Shown: positions 26,375 through 28,073 of the stretch, one piece after another
Layout of the letters: every line of letters starts with the position of its first letter
Numbering within the stretch: position 1 is the stretch's first letter
DNA from: Candidatus Eiseniibacteriota bacterium
Lineage (GTDB): Bacteria > Eisenbacteria > RBG-16-71-46
DNA: 28,073 nucleotides
Assembly: GCA_041483195.1 (NCBI GenBank)
Contig: JBGPFC010000045.1
Span: 1 to 28,073, forward strand
Direction of reading: 5' to 3'
Made by a program: the position numbers and the translations under genes
The notes under the pieces: model-generated
Seen by the model: the letters and a program-made list of their open reading frames with translations, nothing else
Database searches by the model: none
Told to the model about the DNA's origin: nothing

Positions 26375-28073
26375 ATGCTGTTCCTCACGGCCCGATACGC
26401 TCGCATCCTTGTACTCTTGTCACTGCTCTCGATTTCTTCCGCATCCCTCGCCCTAGCCGATTGCGGCGGGTTTGGCCCGATGGGATCCACTCCGGAATCC
26501 AATGTGCTGTGGTCGCTGAAGGACTCGGTTTCCGCGTGCCCCGCCGGCGACTCGGTTCTCGCGGGCCACCCGTCGCGACTGCGGATCAAGGTCTACTACT
26601 CCGACGACGCGTGTAACGCGAAGGTCGGGGTGCCGCCGGAATCCATCTGGGTGACGACGACGGTCCCGAGCGGCAACCTCGTTCCGAACGATCAGCCCAA
26701 GATCTTCGCCGACGATTCCACCGATGCGTCCGGCATCGCGCGCGTCACGATCGTCAGCCTGTCGGGCTGCGGGACGCTGCGCGTCAAGCTCTACGTGACG
26801 GGGGTCTATCAGGGATACATCGACGCCAAAGTGCGCTCGACCGACACGAACGGCGACGGGCGAACGAACTCCAGCGATACCACCAGCGTCTGTGATCTCG
26901 ACTACAACGGAGTGGTCAATAGCTCCGATGTCTCTCTCGTGAGAGAGCATCTCGAGGACTCCCACCGCAATGCGCTCTTCGGCACTCAGGTCCGGCGCAC
27001 GAATCTCTGCGGCGCCTGCTCCAACGGCACTGCCAACACGATAGGTGACGGCGTCATCGGCTGGTCACCCAATGGCACCCGGCTCGCCTACGAACGGCGC
27101 AATGCGTCCGGGCAATGCACGATCATGATCGTGTCCTCCGATCCGACTGCCGGGAACGAGTCACGACAGCTCAGCTTTCCACCCCCGGGACCTCGGGACG
27201 ACTACGACCCCAGCTGGTCCCCATTCGGCGACGAGGTGGTGTACGGCCGCGGCGACAGCCTGATCCTCCGAAAGGGCGTTCCCGGCATCGCCGCGGACAC
27301 GAGCGAAATGGCCGTATCCGTGACTGGCATCTACAGATCGACCAACGAGGCAATTTCACCGGACGGGAACCTTGTCGCGTTTAGCGGCTCCGTCTCGCAG
27401 TTTGACACATTTCATATATATACAGTGCCCAACACGGGTGGGGTTCCAAAGCAGCTCACGAACGGCTCGACCTACGACCGCTACCCGGAGTGGTCGCCGG
27501 ACGGTAAGACGATCGTGTTCTTTCGCAACCTGACTTCGACGACCGCTGCTGTCTACAGTGTGCCGGCGGATAGTGGTCCGATCACGACGGTGTATGCCCC
27601 TGCGTCCGCGAAGGCCCGGCTTCCCCATTACTCGCCAGATGCGGCCATCTTTACGATGTCGTACCAGGCAGGGAGCGCGGCTCCGTACACGCTTACTCGC
27701 GATACGACGATTTCATCTTCGACCCGGTCGATCGCGAACTATCCAAGCTACGGCTACGCAACGCTGACACCGAAGCTCTCGCCGGATGGAACGCGGCTCG
27801 CCCTGCTGGCAAAGGTACCGGGGAGTGCAGACCTCACGCCTCAGATGTGGGCCGTGCGCCGGAACATGAACCTGCCGCCACAGTTCACGTCGATCGGCGG
27901 CCAGTCCGTCGCCGACACCACGCCAAGCGTGTCCATCTCGATGAACCAGAACCACACGAACAACGTGGTGGTTTCCGCCAGCGACCCAGAGAGCGACGCT
28001 CTGACCTATGCCGCGTATTTCCTGCATGACGGCATGAGTTTCACGCCCACGACTCGCACCCTGTCGTGGTACC
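26375..28073 (+). CDS. Large secreted protein (3' partial): Cys-containing Ig-like domain, dockerin-like Ca loops, TolB/PD40 propeller, Ig/cadherin-like domain
   Basis: Not in the ORF track because no stop occurs before the edge; AGGAGG RBS; MLFLTARYARILVLLSLLSISSASLALA signal; DTNGDGRTNSSD and DLDYNGVVNSSD; WSPNG, WSPFG, ISPDG, WSPDG, LSPDG; NLPPQF...SASDPESDALTY. Confidence 0.88.
   Translation, partial: MLFLTARYARILVLLSLLSISSASLALADCGGFGPMGSTPESNVLWSLKDSVSACPAGDSVLAGHPSRLRIKVYYSDDACNAKVGVPPESIWVTTTVPSGNLVPNDQPKIFADDSTDASGIARVTIVSLSGCGTLRVKLYVTGVYQGYIDAKVRSTDTNGDGRTNSSDTTSVCDLDYNGVVNSSDVSLVREHLEDSHRNALFGTQVRRTNLCGACSNGTANTIGDGVIGWSPNGTRLAYERRNASGQCTIMIVSSDPTAGNESRQLSFPPPGPRDDYDPSWSPFGDEVVYGRGDSLILRKGVPGIAADTSEMAVSVTGIYRSTNEAISPDGNLVAFSGSVSQFDTFHIYTVPNTGGVPKQLTNGSTYDRYPEWSPDGKTIVFFRNLTSTTAAVYSVPADSGPITTVYAPASAKARLPHYSPDAAIFTMSYQAGSAAPYTLTRDTTISSSTRSIANYPSYGYATLTPKLSPDGTRLALLAKVPGSADLTPQMWAVRRNMNLPPQFTSIGGQSVADTTPSVSISMNQNHTNNVVVSASDPESDALTYAAYFLHDGMSFTPTTRTLSWY

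Overview
High-GC chromosomal window from a diderm bacterium. A TonB-dependent receptor, a FlgD-Ig C-terminal sorting-like domain and a Fibrobacter-type SOS box suggest an FCB-related lineage such as Ca. Eisenbacteria (inference). The left end is the origin-type cassette rsmG-parA-parB-bactofilin with two parS sites; rsmG is open from the window edge and carries an Arg-rich 19-aa tandem-repeat N-terminal extension. Next come a tandem-retropepsin/PDZ protease, an EamA transporter, and lexA followed by an IS200-like Y1 HUH gene. That gene lacks the catalytic Tyr/Gln, has no TnpB or visible IS ends, and has its own pair of LexA-type boxes, making it the best candidate for an undescribed system (a domesticated SOS-regulated TnpA). 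These are followed by a structured intergenic region, a secreted protein + TonB receptor pair, a TPR/degenerate cNMP/PilZ protein, and an overlapping ubiA-ubiX-Ser/Thr kinase-ubiD run. The right part holds a Fic islet, btpA, an IS3 scar truncating a secreted gene, a BNR-repeat/FlgD protein, pfkB-psuG-fkbM, and a secreted dockerin-like/TolB-propeller gene that runs off the right edge and is absent from the ORF track. All calls are from manual motif recognition; no searches were run.
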